Positions 30,155 to 41,413 of a DNA stretch of 64,000 nucleotides are shown piece by piece. Origin of the DNA: an uncultured Prochlorococcus sp. (GTDB lineage: Bacteria; Cyanobacteriota; Cyanobacteriia; PCC-6307; Cyanobiaceae); NCBI GenBank assembly GCA_902518475.1, contig CABYGI010000004.1:17303-81302 (forward strand), read 5' to 3'. How positions within the stretch are numbered: the stretch's first letter is position 1; each line of letters begins with the position of its first letter. The notes beneath the pieces are model-generated. The model saw only the letters and a program-made list of their open reading frames with translations. It did not search any database and was not told where the DNA came from. A program made the position numbers and the translations under genes.

Positions 30155-31621
30155 TTAAGCTATTTTTAAACTTGTTTCTGTATAAAGAATTGGATTATTT
30201 TCTGGAATAGATTGACTTATGATTTCTAGATATTCTTCATTGGATATTTTTAAAATATTTTTAATGAGAAAATTAAGATCTTCAAAATCAGTTAAATATC
30301 TAACTTTATTGAAATTTTCATCTTTGATATCAACTTTTGAATAAAGAAACGTAGTTTGATCTTTATAACTTTTTAGGTTGAAAAAATTTTTTGAGATTGT
30401 TTCTAGTTTTTTACTATCTATTAAAAAATTACTTATGAATTGCAAACCTCCTGATTCTACTGAATAGATACTTTCAAGAGTTAATTGTTTTATGGCATTG
30501 TTTTTTTCTTCAAGAATATCTTTGGAATATATTGAGTAAATATCTTCATTTTGTTTTAAAGTATATTTGTTGAAATCTTTAAGTTTTTTTAAAGCACTTA
30601 AATCAAATTGATTTTCAGTATTTTTTTCAAATGTAAAAAGCCAATCTTTTTTTGAATTGATAATAAAGATGTTTTGATTTTTATTTTGGTTAAAATCTCT
30701 TATAAAACTTAGTTCAAAATTATTTATAAAAGGTTTTAGATATTTTTCAAAATTTTTAATTTCAGTAAAAATTGAAACTTGAGAATTATCTTTTTTCGCA
30801 TTTTCTTTATTTATATACTTTTCATAAGCAAAAATATCGATATTTTTTTTATTATTTAGTAAATATGATTTTAAAATTAAATGTTTATTTCTTAAGTCAA
30901 ATGTTGTAGCTACAATATCATTATTTTTGCTTGCAAAAATTTCTTTATCAAAAAATATACTTTCCCCAAATTTTTTTGTGAATAATATATTTTTTTGATT
31001 TTTAAGTCCAGAAATTTCTCCCTCATATTGAAATTTTTTCTCTTTAAAATCATTACTAGAGTTAATACTATTTTTGATCAATTTTTTATCTGATGAAGCG
31101 ATAATATAATTATCCTCAGTTCGGTATATAAAGTTGAGGTAATTTATTTTGTTTTCTCTATTAATTGGAATTATCTCCTCAATCAGATCAATTTTATTAG
31201 GCAAATTTAATAAATCGTCTATTGTTTTTTCTGGCTTAATTTTAAAAACAATCAAAATATCATCTTTAAGTTTTTTATTATTTTCAAAAGTTGAGATTAT
31301 AAGTTCATTATTATATATATCTTCTAATTTATTTTTGCCTAGATTTATACCTAAGTAATCCAATATAGAGTCTTTTATTAAAACAAAGTTATCTTGATTA
31401 GTTGAATTTTTATCTTTTTCATTATTATTAACAATATTAAAACTATCGAAATTTGAAATAAATAATAATTTATTGTTTTCAGGTATATATTTTAAGATAT
31501 TAAGTTTTTCAATATTTGTGCTTTGCCCCTTATTTTTATTAGTAGAAAATTTTTTAAAACCAAAAAAAAGTAATAGAGATAATATTAGTATTATTGCTAA
31601 TAATCTAAATTTCATTATCAA
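30155..31621 (-). CDS. Very AT-rich hypothetical protein with an N-terminal signal anchor (possibly a diverged DUF3352-like protein)
   Basis: 488-codon ORF with a basic then hydrophobic N-terminus, K/N/I/F-rich. Family assignment is from genomic position only. Confidence 0.7.
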   Translation of the reverse strand: MIMKFRLLAIILILSLLLFFGFKKFSTNKNKGQSTNIEKLNILKYIPENNKLLFISNFDSFNIVNNNEKDKNSTNQDNFVLIKDSILDYLGINLGKNKLEDIYNNELIISTFENNKKLKDDILIVFKIKPEKTIDDLLNLPNKIDLIEEIIPINRENKINYLNFIYRTEDNYIIASSDKKLIKNSINSSNDFKEKKFQYEGEISGLKNQKNILFTKKFGESIFFDKEIFASKNNDIVATTFDLRNKHLILKSYLLNNKKNIDIFAYEKYINKENAKKDNSQVSIFTEIKNFEKYLKPFINNFELSFIRDFNQNKNQNIFIINSKKDWLFTFEKNTENQFDLSALKKLKDFNKYTLKQNEDIYSIYSKDILEEKNNAIKQLTLESIYSVESGGLQFISNFLIDSKKLETISKNFFNLKSYKDQTTFLYSKVDIKDENFNKVRYLTDFEDLNFLIKNILKISNEEYLEIISQSIPENNPILYTETSLKIA

Positions 31622-31704
31622 TGTTTATTTTTATTTTTAACAATAAACTTTCTACTGCAACTTAATTTATTAAATTGTAAATAACACATAATTTATCCTA
31701 TAAA

Positions 31705-32055
31705 TTGGCAAGTTATCCAAAATCTATAAATGCTTCTAGTCTCAATGATTGGTTTAATTCTGAGAAAGAAGATCCAGTCTTGATTGATGTAAGAGAACAG
31801 TCAGAGCTTGAATTAGCTCGTTTCTCAAAAGAATTTTTAAATATACCAATTAGTAAAGTCACATCTGAATACGTTGAAGAAATATTTGCTGGTTTATTAG
31901 ACAGAGAAATTGTGGTTACCTGTCATGCAGGAATAAGAAGTTATAACTTTTCTCAATGGTGCTTGGATAATAATATTGTGAGCGAAATATGGAATTTGGA
32001 GGAGGGTATTGACGGATGGAGTAGATATATTGACCCATCAATTCCAAGATATTGA
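31705..32055 (+). CDS. Rhodanese-domain protein
   Basis: LIDVRE, CHAGIRS active-site loop, GIDGW. Confidence 0.9.
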   Translation: MASYPKSINASSLNDWFNSEKEDPVLIDVREQSELELARFSKEFLNIPISKVTSEYVEEIFAGLLDREIVVTCHAGIRSYNFSQWCLDNNIVSEIWNLEEGIDGWSRYIDPSIPRY

Positions 32056-33300
32056 TTAAATATCTAACGAAGATGCAACAGTATTAACATCTTTGTCGCC
32101 TCTACCTGAGCAATTGATAACTATATGACTATCTTTCTCAAGAGTAGGGCATAATTTATCTAACCAAGCAAAAGCATGAGAAGTTTCAAGTGCAGGTATA
32201 ATGCCTTCTAGTTCACTAACAAGTCTTAATGCATCTAAAGCTTCTTGATCTGTGACTGATCCATATTCTGCTCTACCTATATCTTTTAAATGGCTATGTT
32301 CAGGTCCTACTCCAGGGTAATCTAACCCTGCACTAATTGAGTGAGCTTCTTGTACTTGACCATTATCATCTTGTAAGAGAAGACTCATTGATCCATGCAA
32401 AATTCCTACTGACCCTTTAGTGATAGTTGCAGCATGTTTGTCAGTATCAACTCCGCTTCCTGCGGCTTCAACTCCAATAAGACGCACAGAAGTTTCTTTT
32501 ACAAAAGGATGGAAAAGCCCCATTGCATTTGATCCCCCACCTACACAAGCAAGCAAAATATCGGGAAAAGAACCAAATGATTCCAAACATTGTTTTTTAG
32601 TTTCTTCACCTATAACTGCATGAAAATCTCTCACAATCTTTGGGAAAGGATGTGGGCCAGCAACAGATCCTAAAATGTAGTGTGTGGTTTCGACATTAGA
32701 AACCCAATCTCTAATGGCTTCACTTGTAGCATCCTTAAGTGTTGCAGTTCCAGCATTTACAACTTTAACTTCAGCTCCTAGAAGTTTCATTCTGAAAACG
32801 TTAAGGGATTGCCTTTTTATGTCTTCGGCACCCATATAAATAACACATTTCAAGCCAAATCTCGCGCAAACAGTAGCAGTAGCAACTCCATGCTGACCTG
32901 CTCCAGTTTCTGCAATTATTCTTTTTTTGCCCATTCTTATTGCCAATAAAGCTTGTCCAAGGGCATTATTAATTTTGTGAGCACCAGTATGATTTAAATC
33001 TTCTCTTTTAAGCCATATTCTAGGAGTTGCTTTTTTAGTTTTGTAATGTTCAGTAAGTCTTTTGGCTTCATAAAGTGGTGTTTCTCTTCCTACATAAGTC
33101 TTAAGTAGATGATTTAATTCTTCTACAAAAAGTTTATCTTTCCATGCATTAGATGCAGCTGTTTCAAGCTCAAAAAGGGCAGGCATTAGCGTTTCAGGAA
33201 CATATTGACCACCATATTTTCCAAATCTTCCCTCTTTGGAGGGTTGATCTAAATCGTCATTTTTATAGTTTTGATCTTTTCGAGAAAATGTACTTACCAC
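32056..33300 (-). CDS. trpB: Tryptophan synthase beta chain
   Basis: [30 protein letters not shown]. Confidence 0.97.
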   Translation of the reverse strand: MVSTFSRKDQNYKNDDLDQPSKEGRFGKYGGQYVPETLMPALFELETAASNAWKDKLFVEELNHLLKTYVGRETPLYEAKRLTEHYKTKKATPRIWLKREDLNHTGAHKINNALGQALLAIRMGKKRIIAETGAGQHGVATATVCARFGLKCVIYMGAEDIKRQSLNVFRMKLLGAEVKVVNAGTATLKDATSEAIRDWVSNVETTHYILGSVAGPHPFPKIVRDFHAVIGEETKKQCLESFGSFPDILLACVGGGSNAMGLFHPFVKETSVRLIGVEAAGSGVDTDKHAATITKGSVGILHGSMSLLLQDDNGQVQEAHSISAGLDYPGVGPEHSHLKDIGRAEYGSVTDQEALDALRLVSELEGIIPALETSHAFAWLDKLCPTLEKDSHIVINCSGRGDKDVNTVASSLDI

Positions 33301-33348
33301 TTTTTCTATAGAATAAGTATTAACTAACTATAGATTATATTTAAAATA

Positions 33349-33660
33349 ATGGGAAAAAAGAATTGGATCGAATTTGATAATCAAGAAAAAAAATCTGAAG
33401 AAACAGCTAGGGTAAATACTTTTAATAAAAGATCAAAAATAAATATTTCAAAACAAAAAAAAGGTAAAAAGGGCAAGACTGTAACTTTAATTAGAGGTTT
33501 AGGCACTGAGGATAAGACTATATTAAAAGAATTACTAAAAAAAATTAAAGTTTTTTGTGGGACTGGTGGAACATTAATTGATAGAAATATCCAGTTACAG
33601 GGGGATATGGTTTCGAAATCAATTGAGTTTCTTCGTAAAGAGGGATTTCATAATTTATGA
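33349..33660 (+). CDS. SUI1/YciH translation initiation factor homologue
   Basis: GKKGKTVT, CGTGGT, IQLQGD. Confidence 0.9.
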   Translation: MGKKNWIEFDNQEKKSEETARVNTFNKRSKINISKQKKGKKGKTVTLIRGLGTEDKTILKELLKKIKVFCGTGGTLIDRNIQLQGDMVSKSIEFLRKEGFHNL

Positions 33661-33693
33661 AGCAAAGGTTAAGATAGGTTTTTAGTTTTGTTG

Positions 33694-34326
33694 ATGCAAC
33701 AAATGAAAGAACAAGATCAAACAAAGTCAACCAATATAAAGTGGCACAATTTAACTATTGATAGAGAAAAGTTAGAGAAAATGAGAGGTCATAAAGGTAT
33801 GGTTATCTGGTTTACAGGTTTATCTGGTTCTGGCAAAAGTACTTTGGCCAACGCTTTAAATGAAGTTTTACACTTAGAGGGTTTTTCGACTTATGTTTTG
33901 GATGGAGATAATATTAGACACGGTTTATGTAAAGATCTTGGTTTTTCAGATGAAGATAGAGAAGAAAATATAAGAAGAATTGGAGAAGTTGCGAATTTAT
34001 TTATGAATGCTGGGATAATAACTATTACAGCATTCGTTTCACCATTTATTAGTGATAGAGATAAGGTGAGAAAAATTATTGGACCTAAGGATTTTATTGA
34101 AGTTTATTGTGCTGCTGATATTACAGTTTGCGAAAATAGGGATACTAAGGGTCTTTATAAAAAAGCTCGTTTGGGTGAAATTAAGGAATTTACAGGGATT
34201 TCTAGTCCATATGAAGCTCCTCATAATCCCGAAATTATTGTTGATACAGGTTCGTTAGATTTAAATGATTCTGTTGAAAAAGTTATTAACTACCTTAAAA
34301 AAGAAAACTTTCTTAACAAGGCCTAA
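33694..34326 (+). CDS. cysC: Adenylyl-sulfate kinase
   Basis: WFTGLSGSGKST, LDGDNIR, FTGISSPYE. Start lies between 33688 and 33703. Confidence 0.96.
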   Translation: MQQMKEQDQTKSTNIKWHNLTIDREKLEKMRGHKGMVIWFTGLSGSGKSTLANALNEVLHLEGFSTYVLDGDNIRHGLCKDLGFSDEDREENIRRIGEVANLFMNAGIITITAFVSPFISDRDKVRKIIGPKDFIEVYCAADITVCENRDTKGLYKKARLGEIKEFTGISSPYEAPHNPEIIVDTGSLDLNDSVEKVINYLKKENFLNKA

Positions 34327-34341
34327 TAGAAAAATATTAGT

Positions 34342-34878
34342 TCATTTATTTTGAAGATAATTGTCAGGTCCGATAGTTGATAACTTATTATTTTTATTTC
34401 TTACCTGTGTATGTAGATTTTCTCTGAATTCTTTTAAATTTTTCTTTATGGATCCATCAAATAAACTGATTATCTCTATTGCCAATAATCCAGCATTTTG
34501 TCCTCCATTAATTGCAACTGTTGCAACTGGTATTCCAGCGGGCATTTGAACGATTGATAAAAGAGAGTCAATTCCCTTCAGCGTTTTACTCTCTACTGGT
34601 ACTCCAATTACAGGAATGCAAGTTATGGATGCCAGCATTCCTGGAAGATGAGCAGCACCCCCAGCACCGGCAATTATTACTTTTATGTTTTCTGATTCTG
34701 CATTTTTTGCATATTCCATCATTTCAATAGGTGTTCGATGAGCAGAAAGTATACAAACTTCAGTTTTTATTCTAAATTCTCTTAAAATATCAATGGCTGG
34801 TTTCAATGTATTTAGATCTGAATCACTACCCATTACGACAGCAATTTTATAAATTTCTTTAGAATTAAATTCTGACAA
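34342..34878 (-). CDS. purE: N5-CAIR mutase
   Basis: MGSDSD, SAHRTP, AGGAAHLPG. Confidence 0.96.
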   Translation of the reverse strand: MSEFNSKEIYKIAVVMGSDSDLNTLKPAIDILREFRIKTEVCILSAHRTPIEMMEYAKNAESENIKVIIAGAGGAAHLPGMLASITCIPVIGVPVESKTLKGIDSLLSIVQMPAGIPVATVAINGGQNAGLLAIEIISLFDGSIKKNLKEFRENLHTQVRNKNNKLSTIGPDNYLQNK

Positions 34879-34899
34879 AATAACAAATCAATTCTTTCC

Positions 34900-34960
34900 T
34901 ATAATGGCGCGCAATTAATTTGGCGCCAGTTAGTTAGTATGAAAAGAATAAATTTTCATA
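34900..34960 (+). promoter_or_regulatory. TATAAT -10 box and two inverted repeats upstream of chlM
   Basis: TATAAT at 34900-05, TGGCGC/GCGCCA at 34905-28, TATGAAAA/TTTTCATA at 34938-60. Confidence 0.5.
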
Positions 34961-34967
34961 GAATATT

Positions 34968-35669
34968 ATGACGTCAAATAAGATTATCGAAAAAAGTGAA
35001 GTCAGGGAGTATTTTAATGGTACTGGCTTTGATAGATGGAATAAAATTTATAGCAAATCTGATGAAATTAATACAGTTCAGAAAAATATTAGGAAAGGTC
35101 ATCAAAAAACTGTAGATGATGTAGTCTCATATATCAAAAATTATCCTGAACTAACAAAAAAAAGTTATTGTGATGCAGGCTGTGGAGTAGGAAGTCTTTC
35201 CATACCTTTACTAAGACTCGGTATAAAAGAACTACAGATGAGCGATATTTCCTCAGAAATGATTAAAGAAACAAAAAAACGCATTCATGAATTAGGTTTG
35301 AATCAAGGTAAAATAAGATATGAAGTCTGTGATTTGGAAAAATTAAAAGGATTATTTGATGTTGTAGTTTGTTTGGATGTATTTATTCATTATCCTCAAC
35401 CTGTCGCAGAAGAAATGGTTCAACATCTATGCGATTTAAGCAAAGAAAAACTAATCGTTAGCTTTGCTCCCTATACCCCAGTTCTTGCTGTTTTAAAAAA
35501 TATTGGAAAATTATTTCCTGGGCCAAGTAAAACTACAAGAGCATATACATTGAAAGAAAAGGGAATTATTAATGCTGCTAAAGAAAGAGGATTCAAAGTT
35601 GTTAAAAAGAAATTAAATCAAGCTCCTTTTTATTTTTCAAAACTAATTGAATTCGAAAAAATTAAATAA
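34968..35669 (+). CDS. chlM: Mg-protoporphyrin IX methyltransferase
   Basis: YFNGTGFDRWNKIY, DAGCGVG, CLDVFIHYP, FPGPSKTTRAY. Confidence 0.95.
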   Translation: MTSNKIIEKSEVREYFNGTGFDRWNKIYSKSDEINTVQKNIRKGHQKTVDDVVSYIKNYPELTKKSYCDAGCGVGSLSIPLLRLGIKELQMSDISSEMIKETKKRIHELGLNQGKIRYEVCDLEKLKGLFDVVVCLDVFIHYPQPVAEEMVQHLCDLSKEKLIVSFAPYTPVLAVLKNIGKLFPGPSKTTRAYTLKEKGIINAAKERGFKVVKKKLNQAPFYFSKLIEFEKIK

Positions 35670-35670
35670 T

Positions 35671-36399
35671 CTATTTTACTAAATGATTTTCAAGTGCATA
35701 ACGAACTAATTCTGTTCGGCTAGATGTACCTGTCTTGATAAAAAGTCTACTTACATATTTCTCAACATTTCTAATAGATGTTTCAAGCTGTCTTGCAATT
35801 TCTTTGTTCATTAGTCCCTCTGCTACTAGTTGAAGCACACTTGCTTCTCTAGGAGTAAAACTAGGAAGATTTATTTTATTTTCTGGATTAGTTTGGTTTT
35901 GGTCTGTGAGCATAGATTTTATTTCAGTAATTTGTTTTGCCATTTTGCTTACGTCAATATCTGCAAATCGTGCTGCTTCTTTTAATAATCGTTCTTGTCT
36001 GTTGATTACATTTTTAACTCTTGCAGCTAATTCATCCGGATCGAAAGGTTTGGAAATATAATCATCAACTCCTGCAAGATAACCTTCTGTTCTGTCTAGG
36101 GTCATTCCTTTTGCAGTTAGAAAAATAACTGGAGTTCCTCCTAATTTTTCATCCTCTCTAATTTTTTCTAATAAAGCATAACCGTTGGCTCGGGGCATCA
36201 TAACATCGCTAATTATCAAATCGGGGAAAATTGTTTGAGCTTTTTCCCAACCATCCTCTCCATCAACTGCAATAAATATTTCAAAGCCTTCATCTTCTAG
36301 AAATGTTTTAACAGCTGTTCTTAAACCCGGCTCATCATCAACTAATAAAATTCTTGATTTTCTTACCGGTTCATTATTTATTTGATTAATTTCATTCAT
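35671..36399 (-). CDS. NarL/LuxR-family response regulator (Rre1/Ycf29-like)
   Basis: Receiver domain (VDD, DVMMP, FLTA, KP) plus a LuxR HTH with RNVEKYVSRL. Confidence 0.9.
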   Translation of the reverse strand: MNEINQINNEPVRKSRILLVDDEPGLRTAVKTFLEDEGFEIFIAVDGEDGWEKAQTIFPDLIISDVMMPRANGYALLEKIREDEKLGGTPVIFLTAKGMTLDRTEGYLAGVDDYISKPFDPDELAARVKNVINRQERLLKEAARFADIDVSKMAKQITEIKSMLTDQNQTNPENKINLPSFTPREASVLQLVAEGLMNKEIARQLETSIRNVEKYVSRLFIKTGTSSRTELVRYALENHLVK

Positions 36400-36457
36400 T
36401 TTTTTATTCTTTAATTTGATTTTCTAGTAATAAACAGAATTTTATATACTAAACATA

Positions 36458-37603
36458 ATGCTATCAACTCCCATACTACTAGACTATCAATCTTCGACTC
36501 CTTGCTCTAAAGATGTCGTTGATTCTATGAAACCTTTTTGGAGTGAAATATTTTCTAACCCTGCAAGCAAATCTAATTTGGCGGGGATTAACGCAAGCGC
36601 TGTATTGGAAGCCTCAAGAGAAAAAATAGAACAAAGTTTATTTCTTAAGAATAAAAAAGTTATTTTTACAAGTGGGGCAACTGAATCTAATAACTTAGCC
36701 TTATTAGGTTTTGCTAGAAATTTCTATAAAAAAACAGGAAATTATGGACATATTATTACCTTAAAAACGGAGCATAAAGCTGTTTTGGAGCCCTTAAACC
36801 AACTAAAAAAAGAGGGATTTATGGTTACAGAAATTAATCCTGAGAAAGATGGCTTAATTTCAGAAGAACAATTCAAAAAGAATATAAGAGAAGATACATT
36901 TCTGGTTAGTGTCATGTTGGCAAATAACGAAATAGGAGTTATTCAGCCCATAGAAAATATTTCAAAGATATGTAAATCGAGAGGAATAAAATTTCACTCT
37001 GATTTTGCACAATGTTTAGGTTATATGGCGTTAGACAATCTTTTATCAGAAGTAAACATGATAACGATGAGTTCTCATAAAATATACGGTCCTAAAGGGA
37101 TAGGACTTCTTTTGATTGATGAAGAAATTAATCTTGAGCCTTTAATTGTTGGAGGAGGTCAAGAATATGGTCTTAGGTCTGGCACATCACCTCTTCCTTT
37201 AGTAGTTGGCTTTGCTAAAGCAATAGAGCTAGCAGTTCTTAATCAAAAAAATAATGCTGAGAAATTACTTTTTTATAGAAATAACCTTTTAGAGGGGTTG
37301 TTAAAAAATAATTCTGGTTTATTAATTAATGGCTCCATTGAAAAAAGGTTACCTCACAATTTAAATTTGACTGTATTGGATTTAAACGGAACAAAGTTTC
37401 ATAAACTTTTAAAATCTAAAATAATTTGTTCTACTGGATCTGCATGCAGTAATGGTGAACCATCTCATGTTTTACTAGCCTTAGGTAGATCTCTTAAAGA
37501 AGCAGAATCTTCAATAAGGTTAAGTATTGGATTAAGTACTAATTCAAAAGATATAAAACAAGCAATTCATATTCTTACAAATACGATCAGATCATTACGA
37601 TAG
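36458..37603 (+). CDS. Cysteine desulfurase, NifS/IscS family
   Basis: FTSGATESNN, SSHKIYGPKG (PLP Lys), STGSACS (catalytic Cys). Confidence 0.92.
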   Translation: MLSTPILLDYQSSTPCSKDVVDSMKPFWSEIFSNPASKSNLAGINASAVLEASREKIEQSLFLKNKKVIFTSGATESNNLALLGFARNFYKKTGNYGHIITLKTEHKAVLEPLNQLKKEGFMVTEINPEKDGLISEEQFKKNIREDTFLVSVMLANNEIGVIQPIENISKICKSRGIKFHSDFAQCLGYMALDNLLSEVNMITMSSHKIYGPKGIGLLLIDEEINLEPLIVGGGQEYGLRSGTSPLPLVVGFAKAIELAVLNQKNNAEKLLFYRNNLLEGLLKNNSGLLINGSIEKRLPHNLNLTVLDLNGTKFHKLLKSKIICSTGSACSNGEPSHVLLALGRSLKEAESSIRLSIGLSTNSKDIKQAIHILTNTIRSLR

Positions 37604-37616
37604 AAATTATTGGCTT

Positions 37617-38519
37617 TTAATTTAATTGAGCAATTCTTAATTTTCCACTTCTAGATCTTTTATTAAGTTCGACTTCTTGTTCGGAAGGAGTTATTGGCTT
37701 TTTTGTCAGGTTTTTTAGTCTTTGATCATTCTTAAAACAACTTTTAACTAACCTATCCTCAAGGGAATGAAAACTAATAATAGAAATAATACCCCCTGGC
37801 AAAAGCCATTCAGGCACAACTTGCAAAAATTTTTCTAATACTTCAATTTCTTTATTAACAGCAATTCTTAGTGCTTGAAATGTTCTTGTTGCTGGATGTA
37901 TTTTTTTATATCTTTGTTTTGGTGGGAAGCAGCCTGCAATAGAATAAGCTAACTCTTTTGTCCCAGAATATTTCCCATTTTCCTTCAAATCCAATTTTAT
38001 TTTCCTAGCAATCTTTCTTGATAATCTCTCATCTCCATATTTATAGATAATGTTAGCTAGATCTTTTTCATTTAAAGCCTCAATTAATTTCTCTGCATCA
38101 ACATCAAGCAAAGGATTCATGCGCATATCAAGCGGACCATCTTTTTGGAAACTAAATCCTCTTTTAGGGTCATCAAGTTGGTTACTATTTACTCCGAGAT
38201 CTGCAATTACAAAAGAAACTTTTTCTTTTGGTACAAAATAAGCAAAATTTGAAGCCCTTATATCAATCCTACTTTTAAACTCATCAAGTTTTTTTAATGC
38301 GTATTTTCTTGCCAATGGATCTTGATCAAGTCCAATTATATTTAAATCCGAATATTTTCTCAATAAATGATAAGAGTGCCCGCCTCCGCCTAAAGTTGCG
38401 TCTATTCCCTTAAGTTGATTGTTATGTATAAGTGGGCAATGCTCTAATGAGGCCATAATCTCATCTGTCATAACTGATTGATGATTGAAAAAAGATGAAT
38501 CTGATAGGTCAGTTTGCAT
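37617..38519 (-). CDS. rsmH: 16S rRNA m4C1402 methyltransferase
   Basis: DATLGGGGHS, DLGV, LDMRM, FQALRIAVN, SFHSLED. Confidence 0.96.
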   Translation of the reverse strand: MQTDLSDSSFFNHQSVMTDEIMASLEHCPLIHNNQLKGIDATLGGGGHSYHLLRKYSDLNIIGLDQDPLARKYALKKLDEFKSRIDIRASNFAYFVPKEKVSFVIADLGVNSNQLDDPKRGFSFQKDGPLDMRMNPLLDVDAEKLIEALNEKDLANIIYKYGDERLSRKIARKIKLDLKENGKYSGTKELAYSIAGCFPPKQRYKKIHPATRTFQALRIAVNKEIEVLEKFLQVVPEWLLPGGIISIISFHSLEDRLVKSCFKNDQRLKNLTKKPITPSEQEVELNKRSRSGKLRIAQLN

Positions 38520-38557
38520 AACTTTCGACTAAGATTTATTTAGAAGTTAAATTTCGA

Positions 38558-39745
38558 ATGGCTCAGCTAGAGACTAGAACAGAACCAATGGTAGTCAATT
38601 TTGGCCCTCACCATCCCTCAATGCATGGTGTTTTAAGGTTAGTTGTAACTCTTGATGGTGAGAATGTCATTGATTGTGAACCAGTAATTGGATATTTACA
38701 TAGAGGAATGGAAAAGATAGCTGAAAATAGGACAAATGTAATGTATGTCCCTTATGTAAGCAGAATGGATTATGCAGCAGGAATGTTTTATGAAGCTATT
38801 GTAGTAAATGCTCCTGAAAAATTAGCTAATATTCCAGTTCCTAAAAGAGCTAGTTACATCAGAGTTCTTATGCTCGAACTTAATCGTATTGCTAATCATC
38901 TTTTATGGCTTGGTCCCTTTTTAGCAGACGTAGGAGCTCAAACTCCATTTTTCTATATTTTTAGAGAAAGAGAGATGATCTACGATCTCTGGGAAGCTGC
39001 TACTGGACAAAGGCTAATAAATAATAATTTCTTTAGGATAGGCGGTGTCGCATGTGATCTCCCATATGGATGGTTAGAAAAATGTATAGACTTTTGCGAT
39101 TGGTTCGGTCCTAAGATAGATGAATACGAAAAATTAATCACAAATAATCCAATTTTTAGAAAAAGAATTGAAGGTCTAGGAACAATACAAAGAGACCAGG
39201 CAATTAATTGGTCTTTGTCTGGGCCAATGCTTAGAGCTTCTGGAGTTTCCTGGGATTTAAGAAAAGTCGATAGTTATGAATGTTATGACGATTTTGATTG
39301 GCAGATTGCTTCGGAAAAAGAAGGAGATTGTTATGCGAGATATCGAGTAAGAGTTGAAGAGATGAGACAATCACTAAGCATCATTCGCCAAGCCTGCAAA
39401 ATGATTCCAGGAGGTCCAACAGAAAATTTAGAAGCTCAAAGAATGGCGACTGAAGATAAGAAAAGTGAAATATTTGGTATCGACTATCAATATGTAGCTA
39501 AGAAGGTTGCGCCAACTTTTAAAATTCCTAACGGAGAATTATATACAAGATTAGAGTCAGGAAAAGGAGAAATAGGTGTATTTATTCAAGGTAATAATGA
39601 AGTTACCCCATGGAGATTTAAAATTAGAGCAGCTGATTTAAATAATCTGCAAATATTGCCTCATATTCTTAAAGGTGCCAAAATCGCTGATATTATGGCA
39701 ATCCTTGGTTCAATAGATGTCATTATGGGATCTGTTGATAGATAA
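38558..39745 (+). CDS. ndhH: NDH-1 subunit H
   Basis: [26 protein letters not shown] terminus. Confidence 0.97.
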   Translation: MAQLETRTEPMVVNFGPHHPSMHGVLRLVVTLDGENVIDCEPVIGYLHRGMEKIAENRTNVMYVPYVSRMDYAAGMFYEAIVVNAPEKLANIPVPKRASYIRVLMLELNRIANHLLWLGPFLADVGAQTPFFYIFREREMIYDLWEAATGQRLINNNFFRIGGVACDLPYGWLEKCIDFCDWFGPKIDEYEKLITNNPIFRKRIEGLGTIQRDQAINWSLSGPMLRASGVSWDLRKVDSYECYDDFDWQIASEKEGDCYARYRVRVEEMRQSLSIIRQACKMIPGGPTENLEAQRMATEDKKSEIFGIDYQYVAKKVAPTFKIPNGELYTRLESGKGEIGVFIQGNNEVTPWRFKIRAADLNNLQILPHILKGAKIADIMAILGSIDVIMGSVDR

Positions 39746-39754
39746 TTTCCTTAA

Positions 39755-40207
<453 letters not shown>

Positions 40208-40210
40208 TGA

Positions 40211-41413
40211 TTATTTTTTAAATTTATAATTTATTTTTTCTGTAATGCTATTTTTGTTTTTAATAATCCACTTTTCAGGCTTTTCATGTTTAGGCCAACT
40301 TTGAGAAAATTTTTTTAATAAATTTAAATAAATTTCCATATTTTTATTATTTGTAAGTTCTCTAAATTCAACTATTATTTCAATTTTATTTCCCCATAAT
40401 TTGTTAGATACTTTTGAAATATTGAATTTATTAATTGGGATATTTTCTTTCATAATGAAATCATTTAATCTAGATTCAATTACTTCAGGGAAAACGATTT
40501 CTCCTCCTGAATTAAAGGCATTATCATTTCTTCCAACAAAGTTTAAATAGAAAGAATTATTGATTTGATTAATTTCGCCTAAATCACTTGTTTGCCACCA
40601 CCCATTTTTATTTTTGAAATTTTCAGTTTTTAAAGAGTCTATTATTTCGATTCCAATTCTGGCTGATTTTATCTCGATTAATCCTTGTGCGTTAATTCTT
40701 ATTTTTGTATCAGGTAGTATTTCTCCAACATTTTTAAAACCCATTAAGAATTCATTTGGTTTTAAACTCGTAACCATTGCTGCTGTTTCAGTTGAGCCGT
40801 AACAAGGCGCTAATTTTATTTTTTCTTTAATACATTGTTCTGTAGTTTCGTCTGAAATTGAAGCTCCACCTACCCAAATTAGATCAAAAATTTTTAGCCA
40901 ACTAATTCCATCTTTTTTAGCTAAAAGTCTTTGTAATTGGGTAGGTACTAATGACGTAATCAAGTGTTTTTTGTTTTTTTTAAATTTAATTGTAAAAAGT
41001 AAAAGTTCTCGAGTTTTTTTTATCAATTCCGGAGAAATATTAATACAATCACATCCCCAAGTTTGACTTCTAAAAATTTGCATTAATCCACTTATATGGT
41101 TCAGGGGTAAAGTATTTAAAATTAAGCAGTTTTGCAATTCAAATCCTTGCTCTATAAGCCATTGACCTGATGTAGTTGCAGATAATTTAAGATTATCTAA
41201 ATGGTGAAAACATTGTCTCGGTTTTCCAGAACTCCCACTACTATTTAAGATAATTGCTGGCCCATTTTCAGTAATTGAATCTAATACATTTTTGTCTTCA
41301 TAAAATTTGTTTTTTATATAAATAATTTTATTCTCTCTAATTTTTTCAATAATTTTCTCTACAGATTGAGTTTCGTTATTTTCAACTTCTATAGTATGAA
41401 TTTTATTTTTCAT
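40211..41413 (-). CDS. menE: o-succinylbenzoate-CoA ligase
   Basis: SSGSSGKP, LPLNHISG, SLVPTQ, YGSTET, GRND. Start set at 41413 from the ATGA overlap with menC. Confidence 0.85.
   Translation of the reverse strand: MKNKIHTIEVENNETQSVEKIIEKIRENKIIYIKNKFYEDKNVLDSITENGPAIILNSSGSSGKPRQCFHHLDNLKLSATTSGQWLIEQGFELQNCLILNTLPLNHISGLMQIFRSQTWGCDCINISPELIKKTRELLLFTIKFKKNKKHLITSLVPTQLQRLLAKKDGISWLKIFDLIWVGGASISDETTEQCIKEKIKLAPCYGSTETAAMVTSLKPNEFLMGFKNVGEILPDTKIRINAQGLIEIKSARIGIEIIDSLKTENFKNKNGWWQTSDLGEINQINNSFYLNFVGRNDNAFNSGGEIVFPEVIESRLNDFIMKENIPINKFNISKVSNKLWGNKIEIIVEFRELTNNKNMEIYLNLLKKFSQSWPKHEKPEKWIIKNKNSITEKINYKFKK

Noticed and set aside
30155-31621. The low-GC ORF as a horizontally acquired island
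   Set aside because: It is a single gene with no tRNA, integrase or direct repeats and is flanked by core genes. Mutational AT drift is the simpler explanation.
34905-34922. TGGCGC as a sigma54 -24 element
   Set aside because: There is no TTGC at the -12 position, and cyanobacteria lack sigma54.
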